A stretch of 64,000 bases of DNA, taken from NCBI GenBank assembly GCA_028023455.1, contig JAQFVV010000002.1, positions 31,062,001 through 31,126,000 of the forward strand, written 5' to 3'. A model generated the notes under the pieces. It saw only the letters and a program-made list of their open reading frames with translations. It was not told where the DNA came from and searched no databases. Positions 38,927 through 52,397 of the stretch are shown here, in pieces (the stretch's first letter is position 1; the number at the start of each line of letters is the position of its first letter). Source of the stretch: Epiperipatus broadwayi (Eukaryota; Animalia; Onychophora). A program made the translations under genes and the position numbers.

Positions 38927-39705
38927 AGGTATTTGAACCTAGACGCTCAAGCTCCCTTTTGTCATCCACTCTATTTTTATACAACCGATACCCATGACAA
39001 CTTGTATTTGTAGGGGATTTGAACCTAGACTTTCAAGCTCCCTTTTGTTATCCACTCTATTTTATACAACCAATACACATGACCACATTTAATTATAGGG
39101 GATTTGAACCTAGACTTTCAAGATCCCTTTTGTGATTACTCTATTTTTATACAACCAACCATGACTACATGTAATTATAGGGAATTTGAACCTAGACTTT
39201 CAAGTTCTCTTTTGTCATCCACTCTCTTTTTATACAACCAATACACATTAACCACATGTAATTATAGGGGATTTGAACCTAGACTTTCAAGATCCCTTTT
39301 GTGATTACTCTATTTTTATACAACCAACCATGACTACATGTAATTATAGGGAATTTGAACCTAGACTTTCAAGTTCTCTTTTGTTATCCATTCTCTTTTT
39401 ATACAACCAATACACATTAACCACATGTAATTATAGGGGATTTGAACCTAGACTTTCAAGATCTCCTGATCTACTCTATTTTTACACAACCAACCATGAC
39501 TACATATAATTATAGGGAATTTGAACCTAGACTTTCAATCTCCTTTTTGTCATCCACTCTCTTTTTTGCAACCAATACACATTACCACATGTAATTATAG
39601 GGGATTTGAACCTAGACTTTCAAGATCCCTTTTGTCATCCATTCTGTTTTTATACAACCGATACAGATGACCACATGCATGCAAAAAAGATAAATGATCT
39701 CCGAT
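38927..39705 (-). repeat. Tandem array, 9 x about 85 bp, derived from the family D terminal segment
   Basis: Unit starts 38927, 39012, 39097, 39179, 39266, 39348, 39435, 39514, 39599. Alternating 82/87-bp units give a 169-bp higher-order period. Confidence 0.9.
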
Positions 39706-39844
39706 ATATGTAAAATTATTATTTATTTATTTTTAGGTCACTTTTTTCTTGTAAAATACAAATTTGGAATATGGTTTAATATTTTAAACTCTATGTGCAG
39801 TTTAGATATTTCGTTTTCTATGATTGACTGCCCTGCAGAGTTTG

Positions 39845-39955
39845 ACGCTGCTGTGTAGAGTGTCTGACTTTAGATCACAAGGTACCAGGATTGAGTTTGG
39901 CACCCATAGATCTAATGCTTGGACTTCTTATGGACTCCTGAGTAATAAAGCTTTG
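39845..39955 (+). mobile_element. Family F SINE copy
   Basis: tRNA-like head (GTAGAGTGTCTGACTTTAGATC) plus the family F tail. Confidence 0.6.
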
Positions 39956-40421
39956 TGCCTTTTTTTTTGATGATGAATTGGTGCAATAAGATTGCTTTTT
40001 TAAATATTGGTCAATTATTTTTTCTTTGGAAAATCAATCTATCAAAAATAAATGCAGGATGTTTTCTTTATTGCATTGAATATGTAAATGAATTAATCTA
40101 AAAAGGAAAGGCAGCCCATCAGATCTGCATCCATAGGAGTAGGATATCAACTTCAATGCACGTCACATCACTTTATAAGCATATGTTTGTTTTATAGTTA
40201 ATTACTTTACCAAGCTAGATTTTTATATATTTAAATAGCATTGTTAAGCAAGTGTCGATGTATTTCCTGCATTTTTCATTTGGAATATCACCGAAAGAAC
40301 TGAACCCTGTGATAGACCACCCTATTGAAATTTATAACTACTTACGATTATTCTGAAGGCTTGTGGTTATGGTGTTTTAATTGTATTTATATATTGGACT
40401 ATTTCCATCAGCTAATATGAG

Positions 40422-40960
40422 TTTATTTAAATATTCCAAATACATTTAACTTTTAATAATAACACACAGGTTAGTATATGAAACAGGCAAAACTCACTAT
40501 ACGTATTGCCACACACAGCAAGCTAGAGTAATCAATGGATGCCAGAAGGCTTGTGCATAAAATCCCCATCTAGTGCCTACTCATCCAATATCCCCAGACT
40601 AATTTCTGGCTTGTGGCCTTCGTCAGTGAGGAGCCTTGGATCTGAGATATTAGATGGGGATTTTATGCACAAGGCTTCTGGCATCCATTGATTACTCTAG
40701 CTTGCTGTGTGTGGCAATATGTATAATGAGTTTTGCCTGTTTTAAAACAGTTATACACAAGCATAAGAAGTGGTGATCATGTGATGTTAGTATATGCACA
40801 ATGTTTTGAAGGGTATTATTCTCCCCTCTTTTTCAGGGGTTGCTGACCTGATCAGTGACAGTACTAACATGGGAATCGAACCTGGACTTTAGGAGAGAAT
40901 AATACTTTTCAAAACATTGCATATACTAACAGTTGAATATATTTGGAATATTTAAATAAA
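40422..40960. repeat. Older fold-back interrupted by A9
   Basis: The left arm (40422-40480 plus 40797-40826) is the reverse complement of about 40891-40960. Confidence 0.7.
40481..40785 (+). mobile_element. Family A fold-back insertion (A9)
   Basis: 11-bp TSD GTTAGTATATG at 40470-40480 and 40786-40796. HHR at 40592-40631(-). Confidence 0.9.
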
Positions 40961-41928
40961 GTTACATTTTTCTAAAGATATTCAATACTTATATTAGATG
41001 ATGAAAATAATCGAATATATAAATATTTATGATTATCATTTAGTGTTTGAAATTTTCTATTGGAAAACATTTTAGCAAATAAATTAATGTTTTTTTTTTC
41101 TAAATTTAAGAATTTTATAAACTTTTAGAAAACTATTTTTCCCCCTTAAAAATATCATAAGTTGAGGGTAGACAATATTGGTTGTCCTACTTTTAAATTT
41201 ATTTTTAAAATCCTTTTCACCATGAATTATTAAAAAAAACAACAACTGGTTAACAACAACTTCTTTCTGGTGGAAACCCAGCCTGCTTTGCAGGTAGATG
41301 ATTCTTGAATGTGTGGCAAAATTATTTTAAAAAACTTGGTAGAGAACACCTAATAATGAAATTGGGCAATGTTTTTTTGGATCACTGCTGGATTTATTTG
41401 ATTTTATGACTACTTTAGTTTTGCTTTTATGCCAAATTTTTGGAATAGTTTGTATGACTAATATTACTGAATAATTTTGCCAACTATGTTTTTATTTTAG
41501 GTTCTAATTTTTTTTAGAAATTCTGAAAGAGTGCTATCTACTTTGGGAACCTTTCTTAGTTCATGACAATCAAGGACAAATTTTAAGTTCACCAATATTT
41601 ATAGCTTTTATTAGATTGATATTAGAGAAACATTGTGAAAGAGAAGATTACACTTTTACTTTAATGATGCTTATTCTCATTCCAGATTGGCCATGTCATC
41701 AGCAGTAACAATAATTGTCTTTTTCTTTTTACAAATATTTTTACTTCCATCAAACATTCTGAACAATGACCAGGACTTTTAGCAAGATCTTGCAAAGTTT
41801 TCTCTTTTCATGGTCTCTTATCCCCCCCCCCCATATCACCCAGTGATTTCACATACTTGGTTAACAATTTAAGGATCTCTAGACAAAAACTAAAAGCACT
41901 GGTAGTTTTGTTCCAACCTGGAAGAATT

Positions 41929-42153
41929 GGTTTATATATAATCATTGAAACCAGTCAACACTTAGACAATCCCAATATAAATAACCATCAACAATTTCCA
42001 AACTGTTGTCAAGGCAACCTTTTTAACAGTAAGAGGATTCCACCCTTATCATTAAAAAAGGAGTTGCCTTGACAACAGTTTGGAAATTATTGATTGTTAT
42101 TAATATTGGGATTGTCTAAGTGTTGACTGGTTTTTAATGATTAGTTATAAACC
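41929..42153. repeat. Fold-back inverted repeat (arms about 90 bp)
   Basis: aaccagtcaacacttagacaatcccaata...tgttgtcaaggcaac is mirrored. A diverged single-arm relative lies at about 43165-43260. Confidence 0.85.
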
Positions 42154-44267
42154 CATACAGCCTTGAACCTTATTACACTTATTATTTAAGTAACATTTAT
42201 ATATGTAATGATATTTTTATTCAATATCTGCATTTCTTCAAAGTTATATACTTAATGTTGTAATTAAATATTAATAAATACAATAACATAAATATATATA
42301 AAGTACAACTTTAAAAATCTTTTATCCATCTAGGAGTGCTTTTGACTAACTTCGTAGTCTTTGTCAATCTACACTAATTTTTTTTAAAGATATCTTCAAA
42401 CATGCATTTAAAGTGTAGCCTTCCCACAGTTCATTAATTTTAACATTTGCTGCATGTCTATTTATTAAGTCATGCTTACATTTATATATTAATATAGCTT
42501 CCTCTATTTCCCTTTTATTATTGTTTCTTTTAATTTATAATATTTTCACATTATTATACTTTAAATTAAAACCATATATACCTAATCTACTATGATTACA
42601 AAAAACTGGCATTGAAACGCTATCATTTCCATGGCAAGTTTTTTGAACTCTTTTTAGTTCTTTTCTCCAATGTATATCTTGATTCCCCTATATATCTACT
42701 ACCACATTTATACCTCCATTTATATATGATGCAATTTTGATTTAAGAATGAGGTTTTAGCTTTTGAATTATTTTATTCAATCCAGGAGGTACATAAAATG
42801 CAATTTCACATATATCATTATACATTTCTCTTATAAAATTCGCTTGTTCATTTGAAATATATGGTATTGATATTATTCTTAGTAGAATCAACCATATTAT
42901 TTATATCTTTATTTTTATATTTCCTAATAAAATTTTTAGTAGTATTATATACCAGATGATAATTATATTCAACATTTAATAATTCATTCATATAAATTTC
43001 AATATTTTTGCCTTTATCTGATGTATACTTACAAAGATTGTTGTTTTTAAACAAAAAGGACTTATGTGATACTAGTATTATTTGATAAACTGTATTTATG
43101 TTACTGTATTTATTAATATTTAATTACAAGATTATATATATAAATACATGGAAGCAGTCAACATGAAAACTACCAATATCAGCAATGATCAACAATCTCA
43201 ATCTGTTGTTAAGGCAACCTCCTTTAAATAATAAAGATGGAAATCCACCTTTATAAAGGGTCTAATCAGATTTATGTAGACACTAAGGATAAAGAATGAA
43301 AATATTTCAAAGATGTTTAAATAAATCTCATAAATAGGTACATATAACCTGTTCTAAATGCAAACTAATAAATAGTCAATTATAACATTCGTACTGCAAT
43401 TGTAACTTTCAAACTGTACTCCATCGTACTTTTATAATAAAGCTAATAATGCCTGAGGCTAGATAAGTAAATATCATAAATACATGAATATATATTGTAA
43501 CAGTCAAAAATGCACAGCTAATGTGAAAATTACCCAAGGAAAATTTGCCCGCAGCTCTACATTCTGATTTCACATGATCAAAAACTTTTTTTTAGATCCC
43601 GCTAAATGCAGTTAGAAGCAAGAGACTCATTATATTTTAATTACCATTGTTGATTGTGATAAAGGACAGAGGCTACAATAATGAGAAATTAAGATTTATT
43701 TACATATATACATAATCACCAAATAAATATGACTACAATTGATTATTTTTGGGAAAAATGGTGAATTGGTCTTTAAATTGGGATTTAAATTCTGTACAAC
43801 AATAGGATTTTATTCAACTGCCTTAGCTAATCTAAAACAAAATTCAGTGAACTAGATATTCATTGCCTTATTATGTATGAATAATATACGACCCTATACA
43901 TCTTAATTGTCCCTGGACAGATACAGACTCACTGTACAGACTAACTGTAACTACTAATATCTATTAATAGAAAACATAACTCAGTTTAAGATTTATTAAT
44001 CTTATAAACTTTAGGATATGCTAAAATTATTTATTAAACTATACTATTAGAGGATTTAGACTAACATAATTCATTTCAAGCTGTAGTATTGGGAAACTAA
44101 TATTAAGTGATTTAATAAGGGAAACAAAATGCTCTTTAACATCAGTTTCAATAATAATCAATTAAATATCACCAAATATCTGGATAGGAATCGGGCATCT
44201 ACCTGGCATTAGTGACAGATTTAAGAACTAAATGGTAGGAATGGGTGTCTATTTGGTAAATAATGAC

Positions 44268-44333
<66 letters not shown>
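44268..44333. repeat. (AAT)22 microsatellite
   Basis: Direct reading. Confidence 0.95.
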
Positions 44334-44335
<2 letters not shown>

Positions 44336-46355
44336 AACAAATATGTAAGTGGTAGGAAAACACATCTGCTTTACACTTGTTTATGAACAATCAAAGAATA
44401 TATATAAAACATATGATATACAATAGGAATGGTTGTCTACCAAATAAATATACTCAAACTAAATTGCTGAGTACAAGTAACAGGAAAACACTTCTGCGTC
44501 CCACTTATTTCTGGACAGTAAAATTTTTTATAATAATAATATATTAGCTCAAAAAAATTTAATACAAACAAATATCTCTTCCCATGCCTGCCTATCCCAA
44601 GTCTATAGGGGTATTTTGCATAAAACTGTAAATGTTTAAACCTATGATCTGTCTATGCAGCCTTTTATTCTATCCAGAGGCCATTAATCTAGATTATTTA
44701 CATTAGTAGTTAAATTGTTATTCTAACTGTTAATACATTGCAGGCTAGTGGAAATGATCATTATTAACTCTTGTTTTAAAATAATCAACTAAAACAATAC
44801 CAAAGAAATTTTGTAGTGAATGGCAACGATTTGCAATGGTTGTCTAATTGTTTTATTATAGATATTTCTTTTATTTATTATACTGTCTGAACTGTGATAT
44901 GTCTAATAAATTTTGGCAATTCATCATTATTCTGATTTCTAAACACACACACCTATATATATATATATTGCAATGAAAACAATTCTTACATCACATGGCT
45001 TAATATTTGCATAAAATAAATCATAATCTATACAAAATTTTCAGTGGAAATGAAGAATACATATATAGGAGATCAGATATCTAATATTAGTGAGGTAAAG
45101 TCATAATAGTATATAAGTAAAGCTCATACAAATTACTTTTGTCATCTTTAGTAGTTTATGTTCTGAATTCAGGCACCGTAGACTTGTGGAACCATAGGTA
45201 TAAATATAGCTATGTCTGGCAGTCTTTTGTGAAGTTTCTATGGAATTGTTCTTTCTGATCAAAATGGTCTTTCTTAATGTGCACTTTCATTGATTTTGAC
45301 TTTTATTTGATTCAGTGGGCAGCATATGATGGTACTTCTCTTGCTGAATGATGGCTGATCTCTTCCCCAAATCTATAAGATACTTTAAACTTGATTAACA
45401 TACAGTTCACACCTAATCTGGATGCATTGCTCACTTGGATCGTTATACATTATTTTACAGCAGCTTCTCAACACCTCATGATGGACTTAAGTTCACACTC
45501 AGCCGTCTTGGCCAGAATGGAGCAGACGTGTTTTTCCATTCTTCCATGTTATAACAGCTGATTGCAATAATATTTTTATCAATGATGCCAATGATCAAGA
45601 CAGAATAGGTGAATGAAGCAAACAAAGAAGAAATCTATAATAATCAATTTTCTGAGAGACCCCTATTTATACTTCAGTAAGCAGTTTTCATCATGGTTCA
45701 ATTTCATATATCCATCCATTGATTGTAGATTAATCTAAACTTCACTATGGTTCATGGCTTACTGACCAATTACAAACTTTACAAAAATCAGCATTGAAAA
45801 GGGATTATAACAAAATAAACAATGTTCTGATTAAACAACATGATATTAATCTCCCATTTTGCTGTTCTGATTATCTAGAATTTAATTACTTGTATACAAA
45901 TAATGACGTTTTCGTCCATCTAATTATAAAATAACTTTACAATTGTTAATTAAGAAAGTATTTTGTTTTAAATTACTTTAAATCAATTTAGAATTAATGA
46001 CTTCTAATATATTTATCTGTGCATATACTTATATATATATATAATTTTCATACAGTAAAAATGTTGTAAAATCACTAATTTAAAATTCCTAACAAATTTT
46101 TAAATTATGCATGTGAAGTGCATATATATCCATAGATAATGATCTATATTGTAGCTGTTGTTAGGAGTTTGTTAGACTTATCATAACAAGAGGGAATTGT
46201 AATTTTTTTTATTAATATTCTTTTCAACATACCCAATTTATCAACTACAGTTAGCATTTCCTATATTCCATCTGAGAATATAATTTTCAATTATAGGAAT
46301 ATGAATTTTTAGAATGATTTGGCTTAGTTTATGCTGGATAAATATAATATCAGTT

Positions 46356-46450
46356 AAGCGTTGGTGGCCTAGTGGTTAGCATAGCTGCCTTCCAAGCAGC
46401 TGGCCCGGGTTTGCTTTCCAGTCAGTGCATTTGACATATGAAAACAAAAA
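46356..46450 (+). mobile_element. tRNA-Gly(TCC)-derived SINE, closest to the parental tRNA
   Basis: GCGTTGGTGGCCTAGTGGTTAGCATAGCTGCCTTCCAAGCAG with a decayed T-arm; flanking repeat AATATCAGTT. Confidence 0.8.
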
Positions 46451-47779
46451 TACAATATCAGTTCAGTAGATAATGAAGAAACCTTTTTTTTATTATTTAA
46501 ACATAAATAAGGGGTTGTTTCTGTTTCCCACCTTTTTGACTGGAATATTTCTTCTTGATTGGTATAGTAAAGTACAGTATGTGTTTTAATCCATTTATTC
46601 TAAAAGTTAACATCCTGTTTGATCCATGTTTGCATATTCAAAAGATTACTATGAAAACTGAAATCTTCTATAAATGCAGAAGGGGTAGGAAGATCTGAAA
46701 TAAGATAGAACCTCTTCATATTGAAAAGTTTATAAATCTTGCATACGTAAAAATTATATACCTGAATCATGATTGCAATATCATTGGATAATCTCCAACA
46801 GAGTTTCCTTTCTTAAGATCATTTGAAACAAAAACAAACCTACCATCTTTATATTGCATTCTATCAATAAACAATACAAATGTAGAAATTTTAAGATATG
46901 CATTATTAGAAGAAGGATGCGTTTCTGGAATATATCAACATTATGCTGGACAATTTGTAAAAGATTTCAATTTTTAATTTTGGATATATTTTCAGCATTA
47001 AAATGAAGTAATTTTATTGTATTTCCTATATATAGAGAAGATTGCTACATAAAGGATATAGCTAGTTCTTTTGTTATTCCATGATTGCCAATACCATGTA
47101 GTTGTTTTTTATTTCAAGAACTTAGAGTCTTCACTTCTGTAATCCTGGCTATCAAATAGTAGTAGTTTTGTTGTGTATTTTCATATTGTGCTGTAGTGCC
47201 TTTAAAAATTAATGTAACATCTCTTAATTAATAATAATCTTCACTGCTTCTGCTGCATATTTTTCTATCTTTTCCATATCCAGACATCTCTAGCTATATG
47301 TGAAACAAATGTTAGAGTCAGTGATTTAAAATTTTCCCATTTCATTTTATAAAACCTTTTCTATACAGGGTTAGATCATAATTGAAGAAATTTAATGGCT
47401 AATCTCTTGCGTCATAAATGGTTATTCAACATCACATACTTTTTTTGAAAAAAAAAAAAGTTTTTTCCAAAATCCTATAATTCCTTGAAATTTCATCAAA
47501 ATTTACGCCTTGCTTCTTTTCATTATTTATATAAATTTTACCTCACCATCCTTCTTATACTATTTCATCCCTATCTTCTTCACTTTGTTTTTTATTAATA
47601 TTGGTTAAAGTTTGTAAGTATCATACAAAATATATATTTACTTTTCATCTTTTCAGTTCATTTTTCTTTGTTACTAGTTTAGCATGCATTTTCTGCCATT
47701 TTGGTTTCTAAGGGGAATCTCAAAACCACCACCACTGACTGAACCAAATGCTAAATGAAGTCAGATAATACCCATCATT

Positions 47780-48910
47780 ATTGTTACAAAGTATTCCAAT
47801 TATTTTGACTATTATTTAAAAATTCACAATTTCCAAAAAATAACATGCAAATTTTATATGACTATTCATAAGCAAATACCTCTAGAAATCAAAATATCGA
47901 ACATCTTAATACTTAGAAACTGACCAGGGGGTATTATAAATCATATGACTAAAAATCCAATTATTACTGCAATCAAATATGAAAAAATAATATTTTGCAA
48001 CAGTTATTAATAAATGGCCACAAAATGTTGATATAATCACATGACCAAAGCAAAAAAGTTAGAATATCAAACATATTACTAATTAGAAAATGACAGGTGA
48101 TTAAGAAAAGCAAAAATCATGTGACCAAAAGATTAAATTACTGCAGCAATCAAGTAGACATGCAAATTTTGTAGAACTATGCTCAGCCAAAGAAAAATTA
48201 AATTACTGAAGAAATAAAAATATCAAACATATTAATAATTAGAAAATGATCAAGAGGGATATTAAAAATCATATGACCAAAAGATCAAATTACTGATGCA
48301 GTCAAATATGAAAAAGTAATATTTTGCAACTGTTATTAGTAAATGATCAGAAAAATATTGGAATAATCACATGACCAAAAACCAAAAAAAATTAGAATAG
48401 CAAACATATTAATAATTAAAAAATAATCAGGGTGATTAAAAAGCAAAAATCACATGACTAAAACATTAAATTACTGAAGCAATCAAATAAACATATAAAT
48501 TATGTAAAACTGTGCTTAATCAAAAGGAAAATTAAATACCTCTAAAAATCAAAATATCAAACATTAGTAATCAGAAAATGATCAGGTGAAAAAAAGTAAA
48601 CATCACATTATCAAAAGTTTGCAGCAATCACATAAACATGAACATTTTGTTGAACTATGGTCAATCAAAAAACACCAAATACATCTAGAAATCAAAATAT
48701 CAAACATATTAGTTAGAAAATGATCGGAGTGAGGAAAAAAACCCAAAAATTACATAATCAAAAGATACAATTTCTGTTGCAATCAAATATTAAAAAATAT
48801 GTTGCAAATAGTATATGTAAATAGCCACAAAAATGTTAGTGTAATCATGCAACCAAAACAAAATAAATATCAATATGTCAAACATATTAATAATTACAAA
48901 ATGACTAATG
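47780..48910. repeat. Degenerate tandem array, about 160-bp unit
   Basis: Recurrent AAATATCAAACATATTA, TTAGAAAATGATCAG and AATCACATGACCAAA blocks, about 7 units. Confidence 0.7.
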
Positions 48911-49049
48911 AGGTGGGGGTAGGGGAGATAGCTTTAGAAATAAAAATATCAAATATAGCAATTAAGAGCAGGGGTGTGTGGGTTTATTACTCTTTTAATC
49001 AAGTAACAATTGTAAGGTATTTTACATTTAAAGTATGACAGCAATTAGT

Positions 49050-49650
49050 TGCTCAAATTAACATAAGAATGGCAGCCAGTAAGAAATGTGTTGCTAAAAT
49101 AATCTAATATTATAATTATCCAAAAGTAACAATAAATCCACATACAAAATTTTCAGTTTATTGTGTGTAAACTAACACCTCTTACTCCTAAAATATGCTG
49201 GTAACCATGTGCTCGAGTAAACATAAGAATGGCAGCCGAAAGAAAATTGCATAAACTAACACAAGAACAAATGCACTTAAGCTAAATTATTCTAATACTA
49301 TAATTAACCAAAAACAACAGTAAATCCATTAAAAAAGTTTCAGTTCGTTGTGTGCAAACTAATACATTTTACTTCTAAAATATGGCAGTAACCATGTGCT
49401 TGAGTAAATGTAAGAATGACAGTCAAAAGAAAAATGGAATAAACTAACGCAAAAAGATCAGTTCCTAAGCCTTAACATAAATGCAATAAATCCACATTAT
49501 CAAAAGTATTATTGCTTTTGAACAGCAAATGGACCACTTTTAATCCATATAAAAACATTCAAAAATTATTCTGATAAAGTAAAGCATTTCCGTTTTAAAA
49601 TGTGTGGTAGCTGAGGTAACATAAATATGGCAGTCAAAAGAAAAACCGCA
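49050..49650. repeat. Degenerate tandem array, about 160-210-bp unit
   Basis: AACATAAGAATGGCAGC-type blocks near 49060, 49220, 49410 and 49620. Confidence 0.65.
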
Positions 49651-50243
49651 ATAAACTAAAGAATTTTAATTTTACAATAAATAATAAATCAGAATTTATC
49701 TTACTAGAAATTGATTAAGGTTATATGCCTCATTCTCAAATGTAGTTAGGGAAATAGTGTTATCACAATCTGCTCAAAGCAGCAGGATTCACACTTGATC
49801 ACATGATACGGTGATGTCCTTATATGTTCTTAAATTTCTTTTTCTATCTATTAACATTGAAGTTACTTTTTCCATCAACAAATGAATATGGAACACATAT
49901 TAAGAAAATATCAAAGATCAAATTCCTCTTCCATATATTAAGAAATTTCAGTTACTGTTTCTTTATTAATAATAATTGATCATTTTTTGATTTAATTACT
50001 ATTTCATTTCTTTCATCTTTTTTTCTTATTCTAATATGTTTATTCATTAAATCAAGTATATTATTTTCTATATATTTATATTTTCGTTTAATTACTTTCT
50101 ATATTTATCTCATTTGTTCTTCATTTATTGTTATGTTTGATTATACAATCTATAATCTCTATTAATATTTTTTATTTTTATTATTTTCATTATTTTATTA
50201 ATTATCTTGTAATCAAAACCAATGAGTTTTTCTGGAAAGTTGT

Positions 50244-50505
50244 GATATTCGACTAAATGTTCTGGGCATTTATACAGAAAAAGTAAAATTTAAACTTAGC
50301 TTTTATTAATGCTTATGCTTTTATGTAAAATATTATAATCATTATAGCAGTAGCATTATTACTTTTCTAGTATTCTGAGTTTTTAGGCTTTTTAACACTA
50401 AAGAAATAATAATGGTATGATTATGACATTTTAATACCGAAAGCATGCCAAGTGTTAATAAAGCTACCTTTCTGTGTAAATGCCCAGAACATTTAGTTGA
50501 ATATC
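50244..50505. repeat. Fold-back inverted repeat
   Basis: gatattcgactaaatgttctgggcattta versus taaatgcccagaacatttagttgaatatc; inner segments are also complementary. Confidence 0.75.
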
Positions 50506-50864
50506 TTGTTGTTAATCTAAAATATTTTAATTTTTTTTTACTTTCCTTTCAATCTGCTGCATGCATTACAATCTTTTAAAAGTATTTATCATCATGTATA
50601 TGAATTGATTTTATTGTTTAACCAGTATTACACCTATGTTAAGTTTACTGCTTGATTCAGGTTTAGTGCAGCCAGGCAAAACCAAGTGATATTATTCATG
50701 GTTGTTGGTCATGGCTATTTTAAAATTGCTTAATCTAGTATTTTATAAAGTTAGAGGAGTTCTTTATAATAATTAAAAAAAAATATGTAAAAGCGAGCTA
50801 TAGGATCAAAACCCATAGGAATAGACATTTATCAAGTTGTGATGATGTTTGCATCATATTATAG

Positions 50865-51262
50865 CAGAGATCCCCAACCCTATGCCCGCGGGCACCATGG
50901 TGCCCGCAGACCATTTTATGTGTGCCCGCCGCTATCCGAACACGATAAAAAATTATTTATCTGATACAAATAAATTTTATTTTTAAAATTTCTTATAAAT
51001 TATGGTATTATATTGTAATCAAATTGTAGGGCATAGTATACTTTTACAGCGTAAAAATATAAACGTTAATTATATGTTAAAATTTTATTTTTGAAATAAA
51101 TATTTTTTTGTACATTATGTGTATTATTAACAATATCCAACTATAAATTTACATTGAAAAAATAAATGACGCCCGCCACCTGGTTGAAAAAATAAATGGT
51201 GCCTGCCACCTGGCCGGTATTATAGAATGTGCTCTTAAGTGCAAAAAGGTTGGGGACCCCTG
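50865..51262. mobile_element. hAT-superfamily MITE
   Basis: 15-bp TIRs CAGAGATCCCCAACC and GGTTGGGGACCCCTG; 8-bp TSD TATTATAG at 50857-50864 and 51263-51270. Confidence 0.9.
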
Positions 51263-51552
51263 TATTATAGTGACTTCTTTTTGTTTTTGCAGTTATTGCT
51301 AATGACCAATCCATAATAACCTGAACTTTGACCCTTTATCTAATAATAGTTATTTACTGATTAGCTAATTGATAATGGCTATGGACTGCCTGCCTGAAAT
51401 ATCTTATTTCTAAAGAATCAAACTAACCTTTTTTATCAAGAATAATACGTTTTCAAAGTAGAAAAGCCAACTATATCTGTAATCCATGCATTTATATATT
51501 GACTTGACACTCAATCAAGGCGTTTATAATGTTACTATAAAGATGCATAATA

Positions 51553-51654
51553 AGGTCTTGCGTTGTTAGCCGAGAGGTATCGCAGCTGCCATGCAAGCAA
51601 GTAGTTGGTTGCAGACGGTTGTGGGTTCGCGTGCTATGACATATGAAAAAAAAA
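51553..51654 (+). mobile_element. tRNA-Gly-derived SINE
   Basis: 14-bp TSD AAAGATGCATAATA at 51539-51552 and 51655-51668. Confidence 0.85.
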
Positions 51655-51698
51655 AAAGATGCATAATATGACATCCAAACAGATTTTTTACAAATCCT

Positions 51699-51797
51699 AC
51701 TTTTTTTTTCATGTGTCATAGCATCGGCCGGGCAGCGAACCCGCTAATCCGGGACAACTGCTTGTAAAGCAACTGTGCTGACCACTCAATTGCGCCC
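51699..51797 (-). mobile_element. tRNA-Gly-derived SINE
   Basis: Tail-to-tail with the previous copy; different subfamily. Confidence 0.8.
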
Positions 51798-52367
51798 TTT
51801 ACTTTGTCAATGATTCTGTTTTTATCTAATGAATAACATTTTTGTCGTGTTGTTTTCACTCCGCCACTCTCACATAAGTTTAGGGACTATTTTGTTTTAT
51901 GTCTCGGATTGTTTGCACCTAAAATAAAAATCAAATGAACTTTCTCGCTTTAAATTGTATTACGAATACATTTAATAATGATGAAAGTGATCTATATATC
52001 TTTTATTCATCGCTGTAATTTGTCTAAAGCATGAAAAAAATTAAATGTAAAAGTAATAATTATGTAGAATTTATAAATTAATTGTTAGTATATTTTAAAA
52101 CAAAATAGTCCTACTGTACTTTTTAACTTTTTTTAACCCTATTTATCAGATTTGCTGTTAAAGTAAGACCCCCACACGCGCACATCAAAACGATTATCTT
52201 AAAAAAAAAAAAAAACTAAGTTTTTACAAATTACTGACTAATTACAATTAAAAATGATGAGATTAGTTTCACCCCCCCCTCCCATTCAGTGGTCGTTAAA
52301 TGTATTAATTACCACATAATCCCATCTTGAATTTTAATATGCAACATTAAGTCTTCGCAGGATTTTC

Positions 52368-52397
52368 ATTGACATGGCAACGACATTGGCAGATTGG
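52368..52397. promoter_or_regulatory. Candidate RFX X-box with adjacent CCAAT boxes
   Basis: ATTGACATGGCAAC (12/14 match to GTTGCCATGGCAAC) followed by two ATTGG motifs, in a locally CpG-retaining unique stretch. No downstream exon identified. Confidence 0.25.

Noticed and set aside
38927-39705. CRISPR-like appearance of the regular 85-bp array
   Set aside because: Whole units are homologous with no unique spacers, the context is eukaryotic and there are no cas genes; the unit derives from family D.
45160-45730. LTR integrase remnant
   Set aside because: Only isolated short resemblances (QSNG) amid stops; needs tBLASTn or HMM support.
46358-46429. Functional tRNA-Gly genes at this and the other Gly-like loci
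   Set aside because: The T-arm/B-box and acceptor stem are mutated, and copies have shared non-tRNA tails, poly-A and TSDs, so they are SINEs.
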